From: Gammaproteobacteria bacterium
GTDB taxonomy: Bacteria > Pseudomonadota > Gammaproteobacteria > CBDBNL01 > JAAOII01
NCBI GenBank assembly: GCA_965209035.1
Contig: OZ242372.1
Span: 800,001-864,000, forward strand
Direction: 5' to 3'
Length of the DNA stretch: 64,000 bases
Positions 50,692 through 61,024 of the stretch are shown one piece after another (the stretch's first letter is position 1; the number at the start of each line of letters is the position of its first letter). The translations under genes were made by a program, and so were the position numbers. The notes below the pieces were generated by a model. That model was not told the origin of the DNA and did not search any database. It was given only the letters and a program-made list of their open reading frames with translations.

Positions 50692-50790
50692 AACACTTTT
50701 GGGATTGTCCTGAGAATTATTTGGAGATGGCTTGAAAATACCGCGTAGCGGATCTTCAATCACATCGGCTCACCCAAACGATAACCCGCC

Positions 50791-50887
50791 GAGGATCCTC
50801 CAAAAAAGGATCCTCGCGCAAAGAATATTCGAAAAAATATTCTTGCCCCATTATTGCCCCGCCTCTGTCACAAGTATGTGACAGGAG
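50791..50887. terminator. Cluster of three short inverted repeats between convergent rpsT and ssb (possible terminator region)
   Basis: GAGGATCCT..AGGATCCTC, AAGAATATT..AATATTCTT, CTGTCACA..TGTGACAG; no clear U-tract. Confidence 0.35.
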
Positions 50888-50918
50888 GACGCTCAAAGCA
50901 AGGCCTTAAGCCGCCCGA

Positions 50919-51440
50919 TTAAAACGGAATATCGTCGTCCGGATTTTCGGCCTGCTCGGCGGAACTCGCCGACTGCTGACCGCCGCCTGTCTTTTGTTCT
51001 CCGCGGGCACCCTGTTCGGAACGCTCGGAACGAGGAGCATTGCCCGTATTATCCTTCTGTGCTTCGGGATACCCGTCCTCATAAGGAGGAGCACTGTCAT
51101 CCCCTCCTCTGCCGCCGAGCATCTGCATCTCCTGGGCAATGATATCGGTGGAATATCTTTTCACGCCGTCCTTTTCCCAACTGTTGGTTCGTAACTCGCC
51201 TTCAACATAAAGTTGCGAGCCCCTTTTCAAATATTGGGACGCGACATCCGCCAAACGATTAAAAAAGACAACCTTGTGCCAATCGGTCCTCCGTTGTTCT
51301 TCACCGTTGCTATCTTTCCATATTTTGTTTGTGGCAATGCTGCATCTTGTCACACCGATTCCGTTAGCGGACTGACGATACTCCGGATCGGAGCCCAAAT
51401 GTCCAACAAGAATCACTTTGTTTACGCCTCTGTTAGCCAT
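50919..51440 (-). CDS. ssb: Single-stranded DNA-binding protein
   Basis: RGVNKVILVGHLGSDPE, YVEGELRT, C-terminal DDDIPF. Confidence 0.98.
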   Translation of the reverse strand: MANRGVNKVILVGHLGSDPEYRQSANGIGVTRCSIATNKIWKDSNGEEQRRTDWHKVVFFNRLADVASQYLKRGSQLYVEGELRTNSWEKDGVKRYSTDIIAQEMQMLGGRGGDDSAPPYEDGYPEAQKDNTGNAPRSERSEQGARGEQKTGGGQQSASSAEQAENPDDDIPF

Positions 51441-51685
51441 AATGATATAAATGTTATGATGTTTATTTTTAATAATAATTATCCGTTCATTATACTTTAA
51501 TCACTTGCATAAATTCGTCAAAATAAACGGATATTTTCACAAAACCGGTCCAATCTCTCATCGCCGGATATTGGACGCCCCCCTTTTTGCAGATCCAAAT
51601 GTTTGACGACTTCTATTGGCAACCAATCAATGATTCAATACAGGCCCGGACGGCACCTCCGCAATTCCCTAAAATATCTGGCATA

Positions 51686-52501
51686 ATGTTTCGCATAAAG
51701 TTTCTCCGCTTCCTTTCATCTCTTGCCGGTTTTTTAACAGATTGCAAACAGCCGGCGATCAAGAACCTTCTCATTCGTCTTTTCGTGTTTCTCTATAAAC
51801 CCAATTTATCCGAAGCCCTCTATAAGAATCCGAAAGACTATGCGACATTTAACGAGTTTTTTACGCGTCCGTTAAAAAGCGGTTTGCGCCCTTTGGCAAG
51901 CACCGACCTGATTTCTCCCGCGGACAGCAGATTAATCAATTCGGGAGCACTGACAAACGGAAAAATACCAACCATTAAAGGACACCATTACGGTCTTGAC
52001 ACATTACTGGGGGTCACCGGCAAAGATGCCGAGGGCATCCGCCAAACATTTGCATCCGGTTTTTTTGCTCTGTTTTACCTGTCGCCAAAGGACTACCATC
52101 GCGTCCACTGCCCCTGCGCGGGCCAACTCACACATATTCGGTTTATACCCGGGAAACTTTTACCGGTGAATGATTTTGTTGCCCGGCGCAGGCCTCTTCT
52201 TTATGCCGAAAATCAGCGAGCCGTCTTCTCGTTTGACACTGAAAAAGGAAAAATGATTCTGGTGATGGTAGCCGCCCTGTTTGTTTCATCCGTTGAAACC
52301 GTTTGGTCGGGGCGGCACTCCGCTCTTTCGCCGAAACTGGAACAGACACCGAATGTCCGCTTAAAAAAAGGAGAGCAGCTCGGAAAGTTTTTAATGGGTT
52401 CCTCGGTACTCCTGATAACCGAGAGACCGGCAGATTCCCGGGCAGTGGCCCCGCCTGCCGGCACACCGGTTCGTGTCGGTCAGCCTCTCATTAATCTGTA
52501 A
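51686..52501 (+). CDS. psd: Phosphatidylserine decarboxylase proenzyme
   Basis: FNEFFTRPLK, SPAD, YLSPKDYHRVH, F.MGSS cleavage motif; start approximate. Confidence 0.92.
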   Translation: MFRIKFLRFLSSLAGFLTDCKQPAIKNLLIRLFVFLYKPNLSEALYKNPKDYATFNEFFTRPLKSGLRPLASTDLISPADSRLINSGALTNGKIPTIKGHHYGLDTLLGVTGKDAEGIRQTFASGFFALFYLSPKDYHRVHCPCAGQLTHIRFIPGKLLPVNDFVARRRPLLYAENQRAVFSFDTEKGKMILVMVAALFVSSVETVWSGRHSALSPKLEQTPNVRLKKGEQLGKFLMGSSVLLITERPADSRAVAPPAGTPVRVGQPLINL

Positions 52502-52758
52502 CTATGGAACTACATTCTCCAAATGCGGCGGCAGCCCGGATCCCGGAAAAATGCGACACTCTTTTTTTCGCGTCGGCATCCGGCAGGGACGGAAGGAATG
52601 ACACCGGGAAACAGGTGCGAACCAAAAATGCCAAACCGAGTGCATACAGGCACCGAAGACGCCCTTGCTTCATACTATAATAATTAATACACGAAAATGA
52701 GAATGTATCACAAACTGGTCATGGAAGAAAACATCCGGCTACGGAGGCAGCCTCTCGC

Positions 52759-55023
52759 ATGCTAAACAGAGAATTACGTCGCTCTCTTAAGGAAGCGGAA
52801 AAAATTGCCAACGACCACAGACACTCCTATGTGACTCTGGAGCATCTTTTATACACTCTTTGTTTGACCGAAGATGTGCGCGCCACCCTGGTCAGTTGCG
52901 GTGTCCGGACAGAAGTTCTCCGCAGAGAACTATTCGTCATCATGAACAGTCATCGCTCCGCGGCGGATATCATTGCAGACGGACAATCGGCAAAACCGAA
53001 TAATTCCGTCCGCCGTGTCCTCAGACGCGCGGCCGTCCTCTCCCAAGCGGAAGACGAAAGCGGGCAGCCCGATGTCTGCGGCAACGATGTGCTTCTTTGT
53101 CTTTTTAATGAAGAGGACAGTCATGCGGTTTATCTGCTGCACAAACAAGGGCTGTTTCGTTCGGATGTCCTGTCCTATCTGTCGCAGAACTCGGGCAAAG
53201 TCAATCCGAATCCTTCGTCGCCCGAAGAAGAATTCGGTGAAAGAGAAATACGCATCAGACCGCGCCCTAAAAAGAGTGCGCTGCAACGATTTACTCTAAA
53301 TCTTAATACCATGGCGGAAAACAACCTCCTGGACCCCTTGATAGAACGCGAACAAGAATTGGAATCCGTAATGCACGTTCTTGCCAGACACCGAAAAAAT
53401 AATCCGCTGCTCCTCGGCGACCCCGGCACCGGCAAGACGGCAATCGTACACGGTCTAACCAATGCTCTCCGCAAGGATGCGCCGGAATGGATACGGGGCT
53501 TTCACATGTTCGCCCTGGATGTGGGCGGACTCCTGGCCGGCACCCGTTATCGGGGTGATTTTGAAAAGCGAATGAAAGCATTAATTGACGAATTGGAAAG
53601 CATCGAGAACAGTATCCTGTTCATAGACGAAATTCACACACTGGTAGGGGCCGGTGCCACGAGTTATAACAAAATAGACGCTTCCAATCTGCTCAAGCCC
53701 GCCTTTGCCGGCGGCAATATTCGTTTCATCGGAGCCACCACCTACGAGGAATATCGCACATCCTTCGAGAATGACAAGGCCCTCAATCGCCGATTTCAGC
53801 CGATTCACATCAAAGAACTGGACACCGAAAAAACCGTCAAAGTTCTGGAAGGACTCAAAGGCCAAATTGAAAAATTTCATTCGGTCTCTTTTACCGGGGC
53901 CGCCATCCGGGCCGCCGCAGATCTTTCCGAAGTCCATATCAAAGAAAGACACCAGCCGGACAAGGCTTTGGATGTTCTCGACGAGGCGGGTGCATCATAC
54001 AAAATGCGTCTCAAAAATAAGAAAAATCGCCCCATCGATGTTAAGGACATTCATGCCACTGTAGCCCGAATAACCTCTCTGCCGGTGGAAACGCTCGGCA
54101 GAGACACGCGCACTGTTCTGCGCACCCTGGAACAAAAACTGCGGGCGGAGTTGTTCGGTCAAGAAAATGCCGTCGAACAATTAGTGGCATCCTTAAAACT
54201 GGCAAGATCCGGCCTAACCCCGCCGACACGCCCCCAAGGATCTTATCTTCTGACAGGTCCCACCGGAGTCGGAAAAACCGAAATGTGTCGGCAGCTATCC
54301 GCTCTGACCGGCATCCCCCTCACCAGATTTGACATGTCCGAATATGCCGAAGGACACAGTATCTCGCGTCTTGTCGGCGCGCCGCCGGGCTATATCGGTT
54401 TTGACAAAGGCGGGCTGCTCACCAACGCGGTCCGCAAATCCCCGCACTGTATTGTCTTGTTTGACGAAATAGAAAAAGCACACCCCGACCTCAGTAATAT
54501 CCTGCTTCAGGTAATGGATTACGGCAACCTGACGGACAGTAACGGGGTGCGGACAGACTTCTGCCATAGCATCCTGATTGCAACCACAAATGTCGGCGCC
54601 GAAGCACTCGCAAAAAATAAGGTCGGATTCTCCCGAGCATCCGCCATAGGCGAAGATCGGGCATCCATTAAACAGGCATTCCGACCGGAATTCTTAAATC
54701 GTCTGGACGCCATCATTGACTTTTCACCCTTGTCGTTTGAAGCAATGCTCGGCATTGTTCGCAAGAAAATTAATGTTTTGAGCGAGACCGCCGCAAAACA
54801 AAACATTTGTCTTAAATTCACACCGGGCGTCATAAAATGGCTGGCACGCCGGGGCCACGATAACGCCAACGGAGCCAGGCCATTGGCGCGCCTGATCACA
54901 ACTAAAATTGAAGTCCCTCTTGCCGATATGATCCTATTTGGCGCATTAAAAAACAACAAAGGCGGAACAATTTGGATTGAACTAAAGCAAGATGATATTC
55001 GCTTGAGAGCCGGGGCTGACTAA
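52759..55023 (+). CDS. clpA: ATP-dependent Clp protease ATP-binding subunit
   Basis: [61 protein letters not shown]; 754 aa with no ClpB middle domain. Confidence 0.93.
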   Translation: MLNRELRRSLKEAEKIANDHRHSYVTLEHLLYTLCLTEDVRATLVSCGVRTEVLRRELFVIMNSHRSAADIIADGQSAKPNNSVRRVLRRAAVLSQAEDESGQPDVCGNDVLLCLFNEEDSHAVYLLHKQGLFRSDVLSYLSQNSGKVNPNPSSPEEEFGEREIRIRPRPKKSALQRFTLNLNTMAENNLLDPLIEREQELESVMHVLARHRKNNPLLLGDPGTGKTAIVHGLTNALRKDAPEWIRGFHMFALDVGGLLAGTRYRGDFEKRMKALIDELESIENSILFIDEIHTLVGAGATSYNKIDASNLLKPAFAGGNIRFIGATTYEEYRTSFENDKALNRRFQPIHIKELDTEKTVKVLEGLKGQIEKFHSVSFTGAAIRAAADLSEVHIKERHQPDKALDVLDEAGASYKMRLKNKKNRPIDVKDIHATVARITSLPVETLGRDTRTVLRTLEQKLRAELFGQENAVEQLVASLKLARSGLTPPTRPQGSYLLTGPTGVGKTEMCRQLSALTGIPLTRFDMSEYAEGHSISRLVGAPPGYIGFDKGGLLTNAVRKSPHCIVLFDEIEKAHPDLSNILLQVMDYGNLTDSNGVRTDFCHSILIATTNVGAEALAKNKVGFSRASAIGEDRASIKQAFRPEFLNRLDAIIDFSPLSFEAMLGIVRKKINVLSETAAKQNICLKFTPGVIKWLARRGHDNANGARPLARLITTKIEVPLADMILFGALKNNKGGTIWIELKQDDIRLRAGAD

Positions 55024-55101
55024 TTAACCACACCGAATCTCCGAACGGCACTATTTCTTTTAACTTCTTTTTCACCCTTTCTTTTTCTTCACCTGTCTTT
55101 C

Positions 55102-56289
55102 ATGCCTGATATCAAAATCAAATTCATGGCACAGGCTTTGGAACTGGCGAAGCGCGGTCTCTTTTCCGCGGACCCTAATCCGCGTGTCGGCTGCATCATT
55201 GTTAAAGAGGATCAAGTCATCGGCAAGGGATATCATCCGCGAGCCGGCGCGCAGCACGCGGAACAGATGGCATTGGCGGCAGCCGGGGCGGGGGCTAAAA
55301 ACTCCGATGTTTATATCACTCTGGAACCCTGTGCCCACCAAGGGCGCACAGAATCTTGCACAAAACTTCTGATCCAAGCCGGGGTGCGAACAGTCTGTGT
55401 GGCCACCGCGGATCCGAATCCTTTGGTGGCGGGAAAAGGACTGGCTATGTTACGGCAAGCGGGCATTAAAGTGGAAACCGGTATTATGGATAAGCCGGCG
55501 CGCGAACTGAATATTGGTTTCATCAACCGCCATCAATTCGGGCGTCCCTGGGTCCGATGCAAAATAGCCATGAGCCTGGACGGAGCCACCTCTCATCCGC
55601 ATACCGCCAATACAAAAAAAGATACACAAAAAGATGCAAGAAAAGACACAAGAAAAGAGAAATGGATCACCGCGCAAGAAGCGCGTTTGAATGTGCATTT
55701 TTGGCGTGCCCGCAGTTCGGCTGTGATTAGTTCCGCCAAAAGTGTGGCGGCGGATCACTCGCGCCTCAATGCGCGACTGCCGTTAACCGATTCCGAACGG
55801 CTGCATCAGCCGCTAAGAATCGTCTTGGACAGCCGGTTTGAACTGCCTCCCAATGCGCTTTTTTTTAAAACTCCCGGCGCAAAACTTTGGGTCGGCGCGG
55901 AAGACACACCGCTACCGCCTCGGGTTCCGGCGGAAACCGAGATGATTCGCCTCCCGACCGAAACAAGCAAAACACAACATATTTCCCTGTCGGCCCTGCT
56001 CAAAGAATTAACCGCGCGCGAAATCAACGAAGTGCTTGTCGAATCCGGGAAAACACTCATTGCTTCTTTTTTCCGGCAGAATTTGGCGGACGAGTTCATC
56101 CTTTATATGGCACCTCATTTTTGGGGTCTGGAGGGTTTTGGAGGGACAGAACAACAAAATATAAACGGGCAATCGTCGCACTCCTCGTCCGGATTCCCGA
56201 TATTTGAATGGAACGACATTCGTTTTTGGGGAAAAGATCTCCGTTTGACCTTGCGTCCCCGGCGCGCAGAAATAACAACGGCAACATGA
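55102..56289 (+). CDS. ribD: Riboflavin biosynthesis deaminase/reductase
   Basis: PNPRVGC, HAE, TLEPCAHQGRT..C, KIAMSLDG, VLVESG. Confidence 0.95.
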   Translation: MPDIKIKFMAQALELAKRGLFSADPNPRVGCIIVKEDQVIGKGYHPRAGAQHAEQMALAAAGAGAKNSDVYITLEPCAHQGRTESCTKLLIQAGVRTVCVATADPNPLVAGKGLAMLRQAGIKVETGIMDKPARELNIGFINRHQFGRPWVRCKIAMSLDGATSHPHTANTKKDTQKDARKDTRKEKWITAQEARLNVHFWRARSSAVISSAKSVAADHSRLNARLPLTDSERLHQPLRIVLDSRFELPPNALFFKTPGAKLWVGAEDTPLPPRVPAETEMIRLPTETSKTQHISLSALLKELTAREINEVLVESGKTLIASFFRQNLADEFILYMAPHFWGLEGFGGTEQQNINGQSSHSSSGFPIFEWNDIRFWGKDLRLTLRPRRAEITTAT

Positions 56290-58391
56290 TACCCGGCCCG
56301 CACCGCCGCAGACACTCCGTCTGTTTTCTCGCGATTCTCTTTGTTCTTCTGACCCTTGCCGGTTGTGCGACAAAGCCCAAGCAGCCGGATACCGACAAGC
56401 CGGTTATCACCAAAGAACAAAGAAAGAAGCAGGACAGTCTGTTGGTTCAGTTGGAAACTTCTCTGGCGGAAGAGAACACCGCCCGTGCCAAGAGGTTGAT
56501 TGCACAATTGAAAACGAATATCCTCAATAACGAGCAAAAAATTCGCCGTCAGATTGCCATTGCCCAATATTATATTCTTACGAACAATCCACGGATGGCT
56601 ATTCCCATTATGCAAGCGGTGGACGATCCCTTCTTGGCAACAATAAAACGCGAACTCCAAATAAAATGGTTTTTTACCTATGCGGATGTCCTTGATGCCA
56701 ACGACGACCGACGCGGCGCAATCAGAATGCGTCTTCTCACGGATGAGAGATTAAGCCTCGGCGAAAGCGCACCAAATCACCGGCAACTCCGGGCTCTTGC
56801 GGAAAACATCGACATCCGGGAACTGCTAAAAGAAGCCGGCAGGGCCCCGGATTTATACATGCGCGGCTGGTATGATTTTTTTATACTCAAGCACCTGGCA
56901 CCCCGATACGGCAGAGATAATGTAAGAGAATTATGGCAAAAAACATATCACCGCCATCCGGCAAATCGTTACTTGGCAAGAACACCAAAACAACTACCCG
57001 GAAATCCAAAAGAACAGATCACACGGGTAGCATTTCTGCTCCCGTTTAGCGGCATCCTCGCCCCCTATTCCGAGGCAGTATTGCGCGGCTATTCGGACGC
57101 CGCCGCTGAAAATGACCCAACTATTCTCGCCAACCGGTACGACACGGAAAGCGAAGTCAGCATCAACACACTGGCCCGACAGATTCGCGGAGACAACAAT
57201 CAAGCGATTATCGGTCCGCTAAGGCCGCAAATGATCGACCGATTCGCCGCCGCGAATATTGACGAAACATCGCCCGTGTTTCTTCTAAACGAACTGCCGG
57301 TCCGAATGAGGCACCGCAAAAACATACATAGCCTGGCATCGACAGTTGAAAAGAGCATTGCCTTTGCGGCCGGGATGGCTTATGATGACGGCTGTCGGCA
57401 TAATCTGCTCATTGCCGAAGATACAATTCTTGGCGACAGAATGCGAGCCGCCTTGCAAGATGAATGGAGTCTGCAACCGGATGTCACCCGAGTGAAAGAT
57501 ATCACCCTAAGCGAAGACACACCGATTAATCAACAAATATCCGATTTTCTTGAAGTGAACAATGCGGAAGTCGCCGCGACAAAAGATATTTACCGACGTT
57601 ACCTGTTAATTTTGAGCAGGATCGGAGAAAACGAACAAAAACTTGACAACGCTATTCCGGAACACAGGGGAGACGTTGTGCGTATTCCAAACATACTGCC
57701 GGTTGAAAGCAAAAAACTTCTTTTAAGTAAAACGGAGATTGCCTTCCTCGCCCGGGAATATTACGCAAAAAATGAACTTGCCCTTAAAAAAGAAAATAAA
57801 AATGCCAAGAACGCAGATACCGCCGAGATCGAAAAAACGGATGAATATTACAGTAAGTTGACACCGGCAGAACTACTGAATGAGTTTACACACAAAATGG
57901 AAAATTCTTACGATCGCGTCGCCGCCGAATGCATCTTTTTGGCAACGGACAGAGCCACGGCGACAAAAATTCGCCCCTATCTTTCGTTTTACCTGGCAAA
58001 CGACATGCGTGTTTACGGAACTTTTTTGTTGTATGACAGCCGACCGGGCAGCAGCCTTTATGAAGATCTAAATCAGGTGTATTACGGAGAAATGCCGGGA
58101 GTGACGGAAGCATTGGACGAAATCAAAACAAAAGGCGGGGACACTTCCAAACTTCCCGCAAAAGATGCTTATGGCTTGCGTTTTTATGCCCTTGGTCGCG
58201 ATCTTTTTTCAATTGTCAAAGCACAAAATCAACTTTCCTCTCAAAAACCGGCGGATCAACAGCCTATCCACATTATGGGGGAAAGCGGCATCTTGACTTT
58301 GGACGGTCAAAATATTAATTTTCTCGTTCGCCCTTCCGTCTTTGTCCATGGCACGCCTGTCGCACGGCCCGGCAAGAGTGTTTTTCAATAA
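56286..58391 (+). CDS. lpoA: Penicillin-binding protein activator LpoA-like lipoprotein
   Basis: Lipobox LAGC; W...Y..HPA, FLLPFSG, IIGPL, LRFYALGRD; immediately upstream of yraN. Confidence 0.75.
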   Translation: MIPGPHRRRHSVCFLAILFVLLTLAGCATKPKQPDTDKPVITKEQRKKQDSLLVQLETSLAEENTARAKRLIAQLKTNILNNEQKIRRQIAIAQYYILTNNPRMAIPIMQAVDDPFLATIKRELQIKWFFTYADVLDANDDRRGAIRMRLLTDERLSLGESAPNHRQLRALAENIDIRELLKEAGRAPDLYMRGWYDFFILKHLAPRYGRDNVRELWQKTYHRHPANRYLARTPKQLPGNPKEQITRVAFLLPFSGILAPYSEAVLRGYSDAAAENDPTILANRYDTESEVSINTLARQIRGDNNQAIIGPLRPQMIDRFAAANIDETSPVFLLNELPVRMRHRKNIHSLASTVEKSIAFAAGMAYDDGCRHNLLIAEDTILGDRMRAALQDEWSLQPDVTRVKDITLSEDTPINQQISDFLEVNNAEVAATKDIYRRYLLILSRIGENEQKLDNAIPEHRGDVVRIPNILPVESKKLLLSKTEIAFLAREYYAKNELALKKENKNAKNADTAEIEKTDEYYSKLTPAELLNEFTHKMENSYDRVAAECIFLATDRATATKIRPYLSFYLANDMRVYGTFLLYDSRPGSSLYEDLNQVYYGEMPGVTEALDEIKTKGGDTSKLPAKDAYGLRFYALGRDLFSIVKAQNQLSSQKPADQQPIHIMGESGILTLDGQNINFLVRPSVFVHGTPVARPGKSVFQ

Positions 58392-58414
58392 TTAAGAGAT
58401 TATCCGGGCATCTT

Positions 58415-58789
58415 ATGAAACTTGCTTTCAATCCCGTAAGAGCCGGTCACCTGGCCGAAGAAACAGCTTCTAATCGCCTTCAAAAAACGGGTCTGCGTCT
58501 TCTCGCGCGCAATTACCGTTGCAGATACGGTGAAACGGATTTGATTATGCGGGACGGGGAAACGCTTGTCTTCATAGAAGTGCGTAAAAGAAGTTCCGAT
58601 GCCTACGGCAGTGCGGCCGCCAGTATTGACAAAGCAAAAATGAAAAAACTGGTTCGCTGTGCCGGCCATTATCTTTCCGTCCATTACGGCGACAACCAGC
58701 CGTTCTGTCGCTTTGATGCGGTCGTTTTGGACGGAAGCGATTTCAACTGGATCAAGAACATCTGCCCGGAAACAGGGGAATTTATTTGA
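58415..58789 (+). CDS. yraN: YraN family (UPF0102) protein
   Basis: RNYRCRYGETDLIM, LVFIEVR, CRFDAV. Confidence 0.92.
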   Translation: MKLAFNPVRAGHLAEETASNRLQKTGLRLLARNYRCRYGETDLIMRDGETLVFIEVRKRSSDAYGSAAASIDKAKMKKLVRCAGHYLSVHYGDNQPFCRFDAVVLDGSDFNWIKNICPETGEFI

Positions 58790-58796
58790 CTGCCGG

Positions 58797-59375
58797 ATGA
58801 CCGTTACCACCAATATTGCCGCCAATTTCTCCGTCTTGTTGCGAAAAAACAGTGGGCTCGCGCTTTGCATTCTCTTGATCGGATGTGCGGGCGTTAGCAA
58901 TCTGCAAGATCCCGCGGTGCGCTCCGGCGGGGTCACTGTTGACGACCGGGCATCCGAATCTCTCTTACGGCGTCATATCATCGCCGAAGGCGACAAACAC
59001 CCCTTGCGCGTGAAAGTCAAGGTGTTTAATCGTTATATTCTCCTTGTCGGCGAAACGGAAACCCTTGCCGTATCGGAAAGTTTGGAAGTCAAAGCGGCCC
59101 AGTTAAAAGGAGTGCGCCGTATTTTTAACCGATTAAAAGTGGAAAATCCGCTACCGAATTACAAAGGCTTTGAAGATCTTATTCTCAATACTCGGGTAGG
59201 CTTCTCCATCAAGAGTATTCAAGAACTGGACGGAGTTCAAATTGAATACATCACGGATCGGAACAGAATTTACCTCATGGGTTTGGTGACGCCCGAGCAA
59301 GCGAACATCACAACAAATGCTCTTAGTAAAATAAAAGGCGTCCAAGAAGTGATCACCCTGTTTGAATATCTGTGA
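58797..59375 (+). CDS. Dual-BON domain lipoprotein (DolP/YraP-like)
   Basis: Lipobox LIGC, LLVGE, IYLMGLVT, GVQEVITLFEY; yraN-yraP synteny. Confidence 0.82.
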   Translation: MTVTTNIAANFSVLLRKNSGLALCILLIGCAGVSNLQDPAVRSGGVTVDDRASESLLRRHIIAEGDKHPLRVKVKVFNRYILLVGETETLAVSESLEVKAAQLKGVRRIFNRLKVENPLPNYKGFEDLILNTRVGFSIKSIQELDGVQIEYITDRNRIYLMGLVTPEQANITTNALSKIKGVQEVITLFEYL

Positions 59376-59394
59376 GATCGGCAATCGCCGACAG

Positions 59395-59777
59395 ACCGAT
59401 TGTTTATCCTTGCTTTAGAATTTCCATTTAATATTGCAGCCACCGGAAGGTTTTTGCTCCTTCGCCGGCTGCCGACCGCATAACAATGCGTCCAAAGATG
59501 CCCGCAGATCGCGACCGGTCACCGGGATATGATTGCCGGGACGAGAATCATCCAACTGCCCGCGATAAGCGCACTTAAGATCACCGGCAAAAACATAAAA
59601 ACCCGGCGTGCATGCCACCGGATAGGCGCGTGCCACCTCTTGGGTTTCGTCATACAAATAAGGGAAAGAATAGCCCCGTTCTTTGGCTCGCTCCCTCATT
59701 TTTTCCGGCGCGTCTTCGGGAGACTTGCTCACATCATTCGCGCTAATTGCTATGCATGCCACTCCCCTTTTTTGATA
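59395..59777 (-). pseudogene. 5'-truncated duplicate of the thioredoxin-family gene (copy of 60331..60713)
   Basis: About 95% identical by eye over 383 bp, including the stop codon and 20 nt downstream; lacks the CNHC motif. Confidence 0.9.
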
Positions 59778-59790
59778 AGGAAGACAGCAC

Positions 59791-60246
59791 CTATTGCAAG
59801 TCTTGTAAAAGGGTCTTGAGGGTTTTGGATGAGAAATGGCCAACCAGGGTCATTTCCGGCCTGTACATACCTTGTTTGTCTATGAAGTAAACGCTCGGCG
59901 GCCCCAGGACATCAAAGTGTGCCATGAGTTGTCGGCTGTCGGCATTATTTTTTGTTACATCCGCTTTGATCAAGTTTAACGCATTGAGATCTTCGGCCAG
60001 TTGCCGATTGCCAAATACCCTCTTTTCCAATCTCTTGCAAGTAACACACCACTTGGCTGAGTAGTAAACGAGAGTCGGTTTGCCATTTTTCCGAGATCCT
60101 TGCAGTGTGTTCCGGAAGGTTGCATAGTCGCTGACTTCGGTAAACATCGACAGAGAATCCGCTTTCGCCAAATGGTAATAACCGAAACCCACCGTCAGAG
60201 CAAGACAACAGGCGGCGACAAGGGTTGGTCTGAGTCGCATTAACAC
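59791..60246 (-). CDS. Membrane-anchored thioredoxin-like protein (DsbD gamma-domain-like)
   Basis: N-terminal hydrophobic helix, YSAKWCVTCK, KADVT, FDVLGPP. Confidence 0.82.
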   Translation of the reverse strand: MLMRLRPTLVAACCLALTVGFGYYHLAKADSLSMFTEVSDYATFRNTLQGSRKNGKPTLVYYSAKWCVTCKRLEKRVFGNRQLAEDLNALNLIKADVTKNNADSRQLMAHFDVLGPPSVYFIDKQGMYRPEMTLVGHFSSKTLKTLLQDLQ

Positions 60247-60350
60247 ACTCTTTGCGTCCTTATTATTAACCCATTAAATAGCCGCAAGAATAACATACGG
60301 GCCGCTGTCAGTGCGAATAAACGATACACAACCGATTGTTTATCCTTGCT

Positions 60351-60908
60351 TTAGAATTTCCATTTAATATTGCAGCCACCGGAAGGTTTTTGCTCCTTCG
60401 CCGGCTGCCGACCGCTTAACAATGCGTCCAAAGATGCCCGCAGATCGCGACCGGTCACCGGGATATGATTGCCGGGACGAGAATCATCCAACTGCCCGCG
60501 ATAAGCGCACTTAAGATCACCATCAAAAACATAAAAATCCGGCGTGCATGCCGCCAGATAGGCGCGTGCCACCTCTTGGGTTTCGTCATATAAATAAGGG
60601 AACGCATAGCCCCGTTCTTTGGCTCGCTCCCGCATCTTTTCCGGCGCGTCTTCGGGATGACTGCTCACATCATTCGCACTAATTGCTATGAATGCCACTC
60701 CCTGTTTTTGATATTGTTTGGCAATGTTGACCAATTCCTCTTCAATATGAATCACAAAAGGACAGTGATTACAAATAAACATCATCACCGTCGCCTGCGG
60801 CGAACAAAGTTCTGCCAGGCTCTTCGTCTCGCCGGTGACCGTATCCGGCAAAGTGAATGCGGGTGCCTTTGTCTCAAGTGGCATCATTGCGGAAAGTGTC
60901 AAACTCAT
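60351..60908 (-). CDS. Thioredoxin family protein (AhpC/TSA redoxin-like)
   Basis: APAFTLPD, FICNHCPFV, FPYLYDETQEVA, ACTPDF, YRGQLDDSRP, GCNIKWK. Confidence 0.92.
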   Translation of the reverse strand: MSLTLSAMMPLETKAPAFTLPDTVTGETKSLAELCSPQATVMMFICNHCPFVIHIEEELVNIAKQYQKQGVAFIAISANDVSSHPEDAPEKMRERAKERGYAFPYLYDETQEVARAYLAACTPDFYVFDGDLKCAYRGQLDDSRPGNHIPVTGRDLRASLDALLSGRQPAKEQKPSGGCNIKWKF

Positions 60909-61024
60909 ACTATGTATTTTACTTTATTTTGTTTTGCTTTGCCTTGTTTTGCTTTGTTTTATAGCTTAATAAAGCAAGCCCGACTTCGGATACTTTTAGT
61001 TAAACAGAATTTCTGCGGGTACAC

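Noticed and set aside
59415-59843. 142-aa ORF as a functional new gene
   Set aside because: It is the headless duplicate read from an alternative frame of the neighbouring gene's end and lacks the CNHC motif; treated as a pseudogene.
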